From Thermoplasmata archaeon (GTDB lineage Archaea; Thermoplasmatota; JASEFT01; JBBABA01), in assembly GCA_041657955.1 (NCBI GenBank), contig JBBABA010000006.1, forward strand, positions 64,566-128,565: a DNA stretch of 64,000 nt. Direction: 5' to 3'. The notes under the pieces are model-generated. The model saw only the letters and a program-made list of their open reading frames with translations. It had not been told where the DNA came from and did no database searches. Positions 1-8,533 of this stretch are shown piece by piece (position 1 is the first letter of the stretch; each line of letters begins with the position of its first letter). Both the position numbers and the translations under genes were made by a program.

Positions 1-845
1 ACATTTACCTTGGAATAATTCGAGTTGAACGCGCTGTTGTTTAGATTTATTTCCATCGGCAGAATGATGTACCTAGTGCCAGAGACAGTGTGCTGCTTGG
101 CTATGCTGTCATATATGAAAAGGTAGTCGATCTCTCCGACTTCAAGGGCGCTCGTCAGGTCCACCTCGGCGCTGCGTACCATGACTTTGTTCGTGTTCGT
201 TACCTGGATATTGGAAGGTGCATTGATCATCGTTATGTTTGTCGTAACGTTCGTGGTGGCGTTCGTTGTGGTATTATATGTGATACATAGGTTTGTATTG
301 TTCGCGACAAGGTCGCGGTATATGTACGAATCATTGTAGTATCTCTCAGCCAGTTTTATTACCATATTGGCACGGTATCCGCACGGGTCGTCATTTGGAT
401 TCGAGAAACCGAATTTCACATCCGATCGCCGCAGTATCTGATACCAGTTGGTGGAGTTTACTTCGTCCTTGTATTTACTGTGGCTCGTGTATGCTATTAT
501 TATGCTGTTTCTTGCGAACTGGATGGAATAGTTAGCGGTCTTGGTGGCTGAATTTATCATCATGTTGTCGATAAGCGAGTAATCCGCAACCGCCAAAACA
601 TCGCAATCCTGTTTCAGGTCGGTAATCTTTCTTATCATGTCAGCGCTGCCGCCGCTTTGCACTTGAACATCCACATCGGAGTGTGCCGCTTCAAATCTTC
701 TTTCGAACTCGCCAAACATCGTTGCCAGGCTGCCTGCGGCATATACTTTCAGAACTGTTTTGCTGGATCCGCCAAGGCATCCGCTGAATGGTACAGCTAT
801 CATGATAACAATTGCGAGAATCGCTACTACTTTTTCGTGATTCAT
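1..845 (-). CDS. wtpA: Tungstate/molybdate ABC transporter substrate-binding lipoprotein (3' end runs off the window)
   Basis: Not in the ORF track. Manual minus-strand translation from ATG at 845 gives MNHEKVVAILAIVIMIAVPFSGCLGGSSKTVLKVYAAGSLATMFGEFERRFE...GGSADMIRKITDLKQDCDVLAVADYSLI: lipobox-like SGC plus AGSL, GS..IRKITD and ADY motifs typical of WtpA. GGCGGT RBS-like sequence upstream. Confidence 0.88.
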   Translation of the reverse strand, partial: MNHEKVVAILAIVIMIAVPFSGCLGGSSKTVLKVYAAGSLATMFGEFERRFEAAHSDVDVQVQSGGSADMIRKITDLKQDCDVLAVADYSLIDNMMINSATKTANYSIQFARNSIIIAYTSHSKYKDEVNSTNWYQILRRSDVKFGFSNPNDDPCGYRANMVIKLAERYYNDSYIYRDLVANNTNLCITYNTTTNATTNVTTNITMINAPSNIQVTNTNKVMVRSAEVDLTSALEVGEIDYLFIYDSIAKQHTVSGTRYIILPMEINLNNSAFNSNYSKVN

Positions 846-860
846 TTTTCTACCGCCTAC

Positions 861-884
861 CGTTATGTTTAATCGAGCATAATG
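861..884. promoter_or_regulatory. Putative ModE-type operator upstream of wtpA
   Basis: CGTTATG-N10-CATAATG, an inverted repeat with one mismatch, immediately upstream of the wtpA RBS. Confidence 0.5.
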
Positions 885-1078
885 AAAATATACATTATAA
901 ATTTTGTGTAGATTTTGGTGATTGTATTGTCGACATAAAATCGCAAATAATTTAAAATCTAGCTAAAAAATAGTTTATGAGTTTGTTAAAGCCGTTTCCA
1001 CATATCGTTATAGATTACCCGGCCGTATTCACGAAAGTTTATTAATATACACTACCATTAAAGAAACACGGTGATATT

Positions 1079-1333
1079 ATGGATAAGATACAAGTAAGTG
1101 CCTGTGGTTATTTGTGCACTATGTGCAGACTGAAAGAGACAAAAGATTGCAGTGGTTGTTCTGTGGATTCAAAAATCGACTGCAAAATAATTAAATGCGC
1201 AGTGAAAAACAAATTAAAGACGTGCCTCCAGTGCGGTTCAAGACTAAGATGCCGCCTATATGGGGAAGGCATCAGATACTGCCCGCTTCGGATGGAAATG
1301 TTCGAGAAACAGGAATGGAAAGAATACTGCTGA
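1079..1333 (+). CDS. Small Cys-rich protein (DUF3795-like)
   Basis: ACGYLCTMC...CSGC...CKIIKCA...CLQC...C spacing; GGTGA RBS upstream. Confidence 0.7.
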   Translation: MDKIQVSACGYLCTMCRLKETKDCSGCSVDSKIDCKIIKCAVKNKLKTCLQCGSRLRCRLYGEGIRYCPLRMEMFEKQEWKEYC

Positions 1334-1497
1334 CGATTTTGTTTCTCGGCGTTGCGAGTCACTTAAAATGGTTCTATATCGAGAATAGGTAGTATACCAA
1401 ATAAATGATATACCCTGTAAATAGATGAAATGGACGATAACAGAGATAGATAATGAAAATAACAGACAACAATGATAGTTTACAAAAAGGTGGCAAT

Positions 1498-2016
1498 ATG
1501 GTGAAATTATGGAGATGCGAAATTTGCGGGGATCCATACATCGGAGAAAACCCGCCTGACAACTGCCCGTTTTGCGGTGCGCATAGAAAATATATAAAAG
1601 AAGCGAAGAAAGCAAAGGCCGATTTTAATGTGGAGCTTGGCGAGAAAGACAGAAAAAATTCCGAGCACGCTTTGCAGGTGGAGATAAGCAATTCTTCGTT
1701 TTATTTCTGTGCTGCCGAGAAAACAGACGACACAGAGGGCGAATTATTGTTCAAAGCACTGGGAAAGGTTGAGACGGAACATGCTGCCATCTGGCGAAAA
1801 ATATTGAAGCTCGCCAGCGTGCCGAAGGGCAGCGAACCCTGCCATATAAAAAATAAGGAAAATCTAGAAGAGTCCCATGCGAGGGAGACGAGGGCTATCG
1901 ACTTTTACAAAAAAGCGGCTTCTGAATCCGAAAACGGCAGGGTAAAACAGATATTTGAGGCGCTTGTCGAGGTGGAAACAGATCACCTAAAACTCTCGGA
2001 ACAAAGATTGAAATAA
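1498..2016 (+). CDS. Rubrerythrin-family protein (N-terminal rubredoxin domain plus ferritin-like domain)
   Basis: WRCEICG...CPFCG followed by two ExxH motifs (ETEH, ETDH). Start moved to ATG 1498 after an AGGTGG RBS. Confidence 0.85.
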   Translation: MVKLWRCEICGDPYIGENPPDNCPFCGAHRKYIKEAKKAKADFNVELGEKDRKNSEHALQVEISNSSFYFCAAEKTDDTEGELLFKALGKVETEHAAIWRKILKLASVPKGSEPCHIKNKENLEESHARETRAIDFYKKAASESENGRVKQIFEALVEVETDHLKLSEQRLK

Positions 2017-2108
2017 AATCGTTTATTTAACATAATACCCGGCCTTCTTTTTTCGATAGTTATTAATAATAAAGACCAGTATTCCTATTTTTACCAAAGA
2101 GGTGAATT

Positions 2109-2849
2109 TTGAATATTACACAGAGACTTGCGATAGTCGAACGCATTTTGAATTTGGATTTAGATGCGGACGGCACGTACAAAATACTGAAACTCGTCGG
2201 AGCAAGCAGCTTCCCGCAGGATATCCTGGCTGAATTGAAACTCTATAGCGAGTGCCTGCCGATGGCTGACGAAACCAGCTATACCGATAAACAAAGATAC
2301 ATGCACTTTTTGTGGGACGTACTTGATAAACTGCCAATTAGCGTTGTGGTGTCATTTTCCATTCCTTTTAGGCGGATGCTTGCCAAGAGATTGTTCAAAA
2401 AATGCGGCCGCAATTTTATTGCTGAGGAAAACGTACGATTTAATTTTCCGCAAAACCTGGAGATAGGGGATGACGTGTTCATAAACCGCGGTACATTTTT
2501 GGACTCCAAGGGCGGCATCGTAGTGGGCAACTTCGTGGGGATTACCGAGGATGTTCAGATATTCACGCACAATCATTCAGAATCCAACCATGCTGCCCGT
2601 ACATACGAAAAGGTCGTGATTAAGGATTATGCCAAGATTTCTTCCGGTGCAGTTATTCTGCCTGGCGTGACTATAGGCGAACAGGCGATCGTTGCCGCAA
2701 GGGCGCTTGTCACAAAAGACGTGCCCCCCAATGTCCTTGTGGCTGGAATACCTGCAAAAGTTATCCGCGAAAGGCTGACAGAGGGAAAGAAGGCAAAAGA
2801 GTTAAACCACATCTGGATGCACAATGCTACTTTCCAGAATGAAAAATAA
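2109..2849 (+). CDS. Hexapeptide-repeat acyltransferase (maltose O-acetyltransferase-like)
   Basis: Left-handed beta-helix repeats and VILPGVTIG...VTKDVPPNVLVAGIPAKVIR; GAGGTGA RBS before a TTG start. Confidence 0.85.
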   Translation: MNITQRLAIVERILNLDLDADGTYKILKLVGASSFPQDILAELKLYSECLPMADETSYTDKQRYMHFLWDVLDKLPISVVVSFSIPFRRMLAKRLFKKCGRNFIAEENVRFNFPQNLEIGDDVFINRGTFLDSKGGIVVGNFVGITEDVQIFTHNHSESNHAARTYEKVVIKDYAKISSGAVILPGVTIGEQAIVAARALVTKDVPPNVLVAGIPAKVIRERLTEGKKAKELNHIWMHNATFQNEK

Positions 2850-2874
2850 AAAGTCAACCTAAAGAAAACCGCCG

Positions 2875-3039
2875 GCGCATTCACCGAACGCCGCGCCGAT
2901 AGCATACAGGATAAACATTCGATCGGTTATGCACGCAACTGCGACATGTGGATATACAAGTGTAGGATTGAGTCGCCCTTCTAATGGATATATCTGGGGT
3001 CGGCGCGGGCGATGGGAACGTCGGTGGGGCGTTGAATAA
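2875..3039. other. Intergenic element with self-complementary GC-rich ends
   Basis: CCGCGCCGA (2891-2899) pairs with TCGGCGCGG (3000-3008), and CACCGA (2882-2887) pairs with TCGGTG (3021-3026). Lies between convergent genes. Confidence 0.4.
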
Positions 3040-3056
3040 TACCGATGGTTATGTCG

Positions 3057-3953
3057 TCAATATTTCTTTAAAGTTGGCGGCGATTTACTGAATTTCTGTG
3101 TATGTAGTCTTTCCCTATTCTTGCGTTTGACACGGATCCAGATTAAGAATACAATGAGTATCAAAAAAGGTACCCAGCACGGGCTGGCGACTTCGCAAAC
3201 AAACAACATGCCGCCCCAGTCAAAAACATACTCTGACTTGTTGCTGGAGACCCCAACAGTCAGTGAATCCATTGAAAAATTGTTCCAATTGAAAGTGATT
3301 ACTTTTTGTCCGTTTTCGTTCACGGTTGTGTTATCTGGTACACGGTAGGTGGTCGCGTCGTCAAATTCTGTGCAATTTGAAACGAATCGTATTGTGACAC
3401 TTTCTATATGACTGCCCCACGCTTCAGTGCCGATAATCTTGTATGAACATCTCCAGTGTTTTATCGATGAAGTGTATGGAATCCATGCACCATAATCTCG
3501 TTCATAATAACAACTGTCAATCGCCCAGTTGACCGATATGTTCTGATGTTGCAATGCGGGAATTTGGGTATCAAATACAATCACATTTGTGTTGTTTATC
3601 GTTTCATCGGATAAAGAAACGGGCGTGCCTTCTACGGCGATACAGGCCGTTCCGCTTTTTGGATGGTAACCAGGATCAAACGCCAATCTAAAAGAATTAG
3701 TTGAGTTCTTCAGATTAATCAAAGTGAAGTTTGCAATTCCGAACGAGATATCTCTCTCCATATAGACGGTAACATTTACTGTTTTTAGTGAAACATTTAC
3801 AGATCTTTCGGGCCATATTGAACTTATGTCTCTTGAAGCTATGCGTACATCCGCAACAGCATTCGATGGTATGAAAGTCGCGATAATTGCCGAGAGTAAT
3901 AGCAAAAACACAATTAATGACAACCTCCCGAATATTGAATTGTTCATCCTCAT
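3057..3953 (-). CDS. Secreted, C-terminally membrane-anchored hypothetical protein
   Basis: 298-aa ORF with a signal peptide, several N-x-S/T sequons, a C-terminal TM helix and a basic tail. Confidence 0.75.
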   Translation of the reverse strand: MRMNNSIFGRLSLIVFLLLLSAIIATFIPSNAVADVRIASRDISSIWPERSVNVSLKTVNVTVYMERDISFGIANFTLINLKNSTNSFRLAFDPGYHPKSGTACIAVEGTPVSLSDETINNTNVIVFDTQIPALQHQNISVNWAIDSCYYERDYGAWIPYTSSIKHWRCSYKIIGTEAWGSHIESVTIRFVSNCTEFDDATTYRVPDNTTVNENGQKVITFNWNNFSMDSLTVGVSSNKSEYVFDWGGMLFVCEVASPCWVPFLILIVFLIWIRVKRKNRERLHTQKFSKSPPTLKKY

Positions 3954-4073
3954 TCGCCACCGAAATTAGTATGTCGTTACAATATAAAAGGTTTCAGTTG
4001 TTTTCGTCACGCCAGGAGGTCGGCAAATTTGGAGATTAGGCCAGACAATTAATGGGATAATTTCAGCGGAAGT

Positions 4074-5393
4074 TTACGTCCTATTCTCGCCTGCGGCCTT
4101 GCGCACCAGGAACAGGTACAAAACGAATATCACTACCAGATACGCAAGAGTCCTGACGACGATCAGGGTGTTTGTCACTAATTCGGTTTGGTTGGAAATC
4201 GTAAGCGTTGCGAGGTGCGAGATTCCAAACAGGCCGAACGCGGCGCCTATGAAAACTGGCATTATGTCCTTCTTTTTGATATAGCCCCACAAGCCAAGAG
4301 CCACTATCGCTGCACAGAGCACCAGATTAACTGCGATTGTCGTATTCCATGTGAACTTGAAGCTCATCTCGCTGCTTTTTACGGCCGTTACTGTTGTACT
4401 CTTTTGGACGAGCCCTGCAGTGATCGGTTTGTTGTCTTTGCAGTTGCCGCCAGGGATACTATATGCAACATCCCCTACTCCGCTTACATCCTTGCCCGTG
4501 TAGTCGTCCCACATATTGCCCTTTGCGCCATCATCCCAATTGTTCGCGCCGTTGTCATATGCTTGTATTGTGTTGTTCGTGAAAGTGTTATAATAAATGT
4601 TGTTGTTGGATGCGGAATATATGTCAATACCGTATGAATTATTTGAGAATGTGGAGTTCCTGAGCGTAACGCCGGTTGAGGCAGCTATGCCGATCCCTAG
4701 ATTAGATTTTGTAACCGAGGAATGCGAGATATAACTGTTCGAGCAGAAAGCGAGGTATATCCCTTCTGCACATCTGGTGAGGCTCGCATTCGTTATTGTC
4801 GTGCTCGGGCTAAATGAAGCATATATACCATCATACGAGCAGTCCGTTATCGTTACCCTGGATATGGTATTGCCTGAACTCTCGACAATACAGATGCCCT
4901 CAGTTGTGCAATCCGTCATTACAACATCAGATACTATATTGCCAGTGCTCGAAAACAGGCCGATGCACGAATCGCATTCTGTAATAGAAATGTTAGACAT
5001 GCTATTGTTTGTGCCTGCCAAAACATGAATGCCGTACCCGAATTTTTCCAATTTCAGATTACTAATGCTAACGTTACTCGCGGTTACGGCGATGCCTTTT
5101 GAACCTGCAACATTCGCACCGCGTATTATCGCCTGGGTGCTCTCGCCTGCGATAGATATGCTCTTATTGACCGCAACGGATTCGCTGTATACTCCGTTGT
5201 AAATATACACTGTATCGCTTGCGTTTGAGGCGTTCACTGCTGCCTGTATTGTTGTATAGTCCATTCCGCCGCTGTCGTCTACCGTGATTGTTCTGGCGCT
5301 TGAATTCACCGCGATCATTGTTATTATAAAAAATATGGCCGCAAACAGTATAATTCCAAATAGTCTTTTGTTGTTCATGCAACGCACCTTCAT
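4074..5393 (-). CDS. NosD/pectin-lyase-like parallel beta-helix surface protein with C-terminal TM helices
   Basis: TITVDDSGGMDYTTIQAAVN...GVYSESV, GIxL/SxxNxI repeats and GNMWDDY, followed by three hydrophobic helices. Start may be 5378. Confidence 0.85.
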   Translation of the reverse strand: MKVRCMNNKRLFGIILFAAIFFIITMIAVNSSARTITVDDSGGMDYTTIQAAVNASNASDTVYIYNGVYSESVAVNKSISIAGESTQAIIRGANVAGSKGIAVTASNVSISNLKLEKFGYGIHVLAGTNNSMSNISITECDSCIGLFSSTGNIVSDVVMTDCTTEGICIVESSGNTISRVTITDCSYDGIYASFSPSTTITNASLTRCAEGIYLAFCSNSYISHSSVTKSNLGIGIAASTGVTLRNSTFSNNSYGIDIYSASNNNIYYNTFTNNTIQAYDNGANNWDDGAKGNMWDDYTGKDVSGVGDVAYSIPGGNCKDNKPITAGLVQKSTTVTAVKSSEMSFKFTWNTTIAVNLVLCAAIVALGLWGYIKKKDIMPVFIGAAFGLFGISHLATLTISNQTELVTNTLIVVRTLAYLVVIFVLYLFLVRKAAGENRT

Positions 5394-5566
5394 CGCCGAA
5401 AATTGGTTGTAGGTATATATAATTTGTTTAAAGCAGATTTGTAACCACCTAGATAAAAAATGTTTGATTGCGTGGATAGGAGCGTAAACTGGAGATATGG
5501 GGATTGGTAAAATAAAGGGTTAAATCAAACTAAGATTTACGGACTAAACAACTACATACATTAAAT

Positions 5567-5616
5567 TGTAGTGCCTAAAAACTATAGAAATTATTATATA
5601 CAATTTAGGCACTACA
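5567..5616. repeat. Palindromic element copy 1 (13-bp arms, 24-bp spacer) overlapping the fic promoter
   Basis: TGTAGTGCCTAAA (5567-5579), 24 bp, TTTAGGCACTACA (5604-5616). The spacer contains a TATA-like TTATTATATA. Confidence 0.9.
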
Positions 5617-5623
5617 TTATATC

Positions 5624-6589
5624 ATGGCATTTATCCGCGCGAAATTCATCAATGGAGAATATTACTACTATCTTGTCGAATCACGACGCGCCGGCGGAAA
5701 AATTTTACAGGAGACCATAAAATATCTGGGTGCTCGCAGCGAGGCTGAGAAATATGCAGAAACACACAATCTCAAACTCACGGCACCGCGCAGTGCCTTT
5801 CCGATAAAAGCTGAAACATCTCTTGATAAATTAATCGAACTAAAGAAAAAACGATTGTCGAAACTCCGCAGAAACCCGACAATCGAACGTAGATTAAGGG
5901 ATGATATTGCAGTTATCTGGACATATAACTCTACCGCTATTGAGGGCAGTACCCTGAATTTGAAGGAAACCGCACTGCTTCTTCAAGATGGTGTAGCGTC
6001 CGGCAACAAGGCGTTAACCGACTATATGACGGCAGAAGGCCATCGGGATGCTGTGAATATCGTTTATAATTTTGTCGAAAGCAGGCAAACCATCGATGAA
6101 CCCTCGATACTCGCACTTCACAAGGCAGTATTGAAAGGCAATTTTGACGTTCACGTTATCGGAGAATACAGGGACGTACCTGTTTGGATAAGGGGTTCAT
6201 CTTATGTTCCCCCGCCACCAGAGCAGGTGCCTGCATTTATGAAAAAGTTAATCACTCTGGCCAATTCAAACCCAAAACGCCTTGATCCGATAACCCTATC
6301 GGCAATGGTGCACCTGGATTTTGAATCCGTTCACCCGTTTGCTGACGGGAACGGCAGGGTAGGCAGGCTCCTAAGCAACTGGATCCTTATGAAACACAAA
6401 TATCCGCCGATCATCATAGAGAACAGCGAGAAAAAGAAGTACTTCACAGCCCTGGAAAACGCGCAAACAAGGCACGACAAAACCGGTTTGCTGAGGTTTT
6501 TCAAAAAGAAGACGAATCTGGCACTGGATTTTCATCTTGAACGGTTGGATCCGGATTACAAAAAATGGATGAAGACTCTGAAAATGTAG
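5624..6589 (+). CDS. fic: Fic-family protein (class II) with an N-terminal putative DNA-binding extension
   Basis: Intact HPFADGNGRVGR catalytic motif and STAIEG auto-inhibitory motif. N-terminus MAFIRAKFINGEYYYYLVESRRAGGKILQETIKYLG. Confidence 0.92.
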   Translation: MAFIRAKFINGEYYYYLVESRRAGGKILQETIKYLGARSEAEKYAETHNLKLTAPRSAFPIKAETSLDKLIELKKKRLSKLRRNPTIERRLRDDIAVIWTYNSTAIEGSTLNLKETALLLQDGVASGNKALTDYMTAEGHRDAVNIVYNFVESRQTIDEPSILALHKAVLKGNFDVHVIGEYRDVPVWIRGSSYVPPPPEQVPAFMKKLITLANSNPKRLDPITLSAMVHLDFESVHPFADGNGRVGRLLSNWILMKHKYPPIIIENSEKKKYFTALENAQTRHDKTGLLRFFKKKTNLALDFHLERLDPDYKKWMKTLKM

Positions 6590-6634
6590 TGCCTAAAAAG
6601 TATGGAAAGTTTTGGGTTGGATTTAGGCACTACG
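6585..6634. repeat. Palindromic element copy 2, overlapping the fic stop codon
   Basis: TGTAGTGCCTAAA (6585-6597), 24 bp, TTTAGGCACTACG (6622-6634). Same arms and same spacer length as copy 1. Confidence 0.9.
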
Positions 6635-6660
6635 GGGTGGGGGTTTGAGGACACACAAAT

Positions 6661-6840
6661 TCAGATTTTATACTCGGTGTGTTTTTCGCCTATTCCAGAA
6701 GTCCTATAATGCCCTTTATTACATTTGGAGCAATAGTACATCTCTTCAATCTTATATTTTATATGTTCTTTGCCTATTCCTGAACCTTTCCAATGTCCCT
6801 TGCTACATTTTGAACAATAGTAGTATTTTTCATCAGCCAT
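6661..6840 (-). CDS. 59-aa protein with two tandem CxxC-x3-H-x9-H putative zinc-finger repeats
   Basis: Manual translation (below the ORF-track cutoff): MADEKYYYCSKCSKGHWKGSGIGKEHIKYKIEEMYYCSKCNKGHYRTSGIGEKHTEYKI*. AGGAGG RBS upstream. Confidence 0.85.
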   Translation of the reverse strand: MADEKYYYCSKCSKGHWKGSGIGKEHIKYKIEEMYYCSKCNKGHYRTSGIGEKHTEYKI

Positions 6841-6862
6841 AAATATTGAACCTCCTGGTTTG

Positions 6863-7252
6863 TTACAAATCTCGTTTTTCAGTTTGTTGTTCTTCGAGCT
6901 TTTTCATTACCATTCGTTCTAGGTTTCGCTTTACCCTCGGATGCATGCTAGTTGCTTCTGTGAATCTTTTTCCCTTTCCTGGAAGAGCCGCCATGCTTAC
7001 TATATATTCTTGCACTAATTCTCCCCAACTGGTCTCCTTGTGTAAATACCGGTTGCAATGTGTTCGTGATGCATACCCCACAAATACTTGCCAATCGATA
7101 TTGTGTAGTTTTAAGTCGTTTTTCCAATATTTCCATAAATGACTGGCAACTTTTTTGTCGATGTCAATTTCAGTTGCACTTTTAAGAAATTCTTCATCGG
7201 GTTCGGGTGGATTTTTTAATGTAACGTCTAACCACTTGCCCTTTACTCTCAT
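6863..7252 (-). CDS. Hypothetical protein
   Basis: Protein-like composition. Start placed at MRVKGKW after a GAGGA RBS (7270 is an alternative). Co-oriented with the zinc-finger ORF, 22 bp away. Confidence 0.65.
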   Translation of the reverse strand: MRVKGKWLDVTLKNPPEPDEEFLKSATEIDIDKKVASHLWKYWKNDLKLHNIDWQVFVGYASRTHCNRYLHKETSWGELVQEYIVSMAALPGKGKRFTEATSMHPRVKRNLERMVMKKLEEQQTEKRDL

Positions 7253-7704
7253 TGTTGATTCCTCTTCCATTTTTATCGTTATGATAATAAAATAAACACC
7301 CTTTGAGATATTAAACCTTCCTAAAATCGAGAGGTTGTTACGTTCTTCCATCCAACAAGAGAGAGATCATCTCTTCGTAGGGGGATATATAATGTGGTAT
7401 TACACAAACATATAGAATGGCAAATAGCATTATCTATAATACACTCTCCTCCCCCTAAACGTGTCTGTTTCCCCGTCCTCCAATCGATATCACAGTTAAT
7501 AACTCCAAATCCTTTATTTCATAAACTTATTCTCGATAGCAACTTAACAAAATAACTATATAATAGAGTATACGACATATAGTAATATATTTTATTTAAT
7601 ATTGTTAAGTAAATATCGTTATTCTATTATCTTTTATCATATTTATCGTTATATTGTAATTTTAGGCCTATTTTGTTACATATAATGTAGTGTATTTTAT
7701 CTTG

Positions 7705-8391
7705 TTATAGTATCTTTTCAACACTTCCTATGATTTTTCCGTTTAATCTAACTTCGCCGGTTCGATAAATCGGATTTTTCAATATAGTCTGAAGCGAGCT
7801 ACGTTTAAGGTTGTACTTCTCGCTTAACTGCGTCCACGACATCCCGTTTGCCTTATCTTTGAACATCTCGCGTATCTTGTCTATCTGCTCTGGATCGGGC
7901 ACAAGTTTGTGCTCTACCATTTTATATCCAAACGGCGGCCTGCATACATAATGCCCTTTTGAAAGTGCAGTTTCCTTGCCGTGCCTAGTCCTCTCAACCG
8001 CCAAATCACGTTCATATTCCGCAGCCGCCAGCAATACGGTTGATTGGAGTTTTCCTGCAGGCGATAATCTGTCCACTGTGCCTTGGTCTGTAGAGCTGAA
8101 TAATTTTAATCCCATTCCATCGAAAGTCTTGAAAACCTGGAGCAGGTCCTCGAGCTTTCTGCCCAATCTATCAACGCGATAAACTAACACGCCGTCAAAT
8201 CCTTTGTATCTTGCGGAACGGAGCATGGCCTGAAATCCTGAACGGTCGAGCGTTTTCCCACTCTTTGCTTCATCAGCAAACTCTGTAAAAATTGTATGGC
8301 TGTGCTCTTTCGCCCATTTTATAAGATGTTCACGCTGCATGTCTACGCTTTGATCGTCTGTAGAAACCCGCAAATACAGTGCTAACTTCAT
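7705..8391 (-). CDS. Serine recombinase (resolvase catalytic domain plus a short recombinase-type C-terminal region)
   Basis: YLRVSTDDQ with the catalytic Ser, SGKTLDRSGF and RVDRLGR, then PPFGYK...ILKNPIYRTG. Confidence 0.93.
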   Translation of the reverse strand: MKLALYLRVSTDDQSVDMQREHLIKWAKEHSHTIFTEFADEAKSGKTLDRSGFQAMLRSARYKGFDGVLVYRVDRLGRKLEDLLQVFKTFDGMGLKLFSSTDQGTVDRLSPAGKLQSTVLLAAAEYERDLAVERTRHGKETALSKGHYVCRPPFGYKMVEHKLVPDPEQIDKIREMFKDKANGMSWTQLSEKYNLKRSSLQTILKNPIYRTGEVRLNGKIIGSVEKIL

Positions 8392-8427
8392 ATCCCATCC
8401 CTAAATTCGATTTTTGGTGTGTTACAC

Positions 8428-8533
8428 TAGTCTATGGGACTAACCGTACACCTGATTAGATATCTCGGGTAATCTTCTTCGTAAGATATAAATGTACCGT
8501 TAGTGAGCACTAACCGACTATGCTTTGACTAAC
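8428..8533. promoter_or_regulatory. Putative res-like recombinase binding/crossover site
   Basis: GTTAGTG-AG-CACTAAC (8499-8514), TAGTC-N5-GACTA (8428-8442), and ACTAAC at 8439, 8509 and 8528, all upstream of the recombinase start. Confidence 0.45.

Noticed and set aside
90..872. Three short + strand ORFs
   Set aside because: They are antisense shadows of the minus-strand wtpA gene.
2850..3056. Integron attC site
   Set aside because: No convincing RYYYAAC/GTTRRRY pair with L boxes, and no integron integrase in the window.
5567..6634. CRISPR interpretation of the fic-flanking repeats
   Set aside because: There are only two palindromic units about 1 kb apart, with no repeat-spacer periodicity.
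6645..7142. + strand ORFs 6645-6842 and 6846-7142
   Set aside because: They are antisense to the zinc-finger ORF and the hypothetical ORF, which have RBSs and protein-like features.
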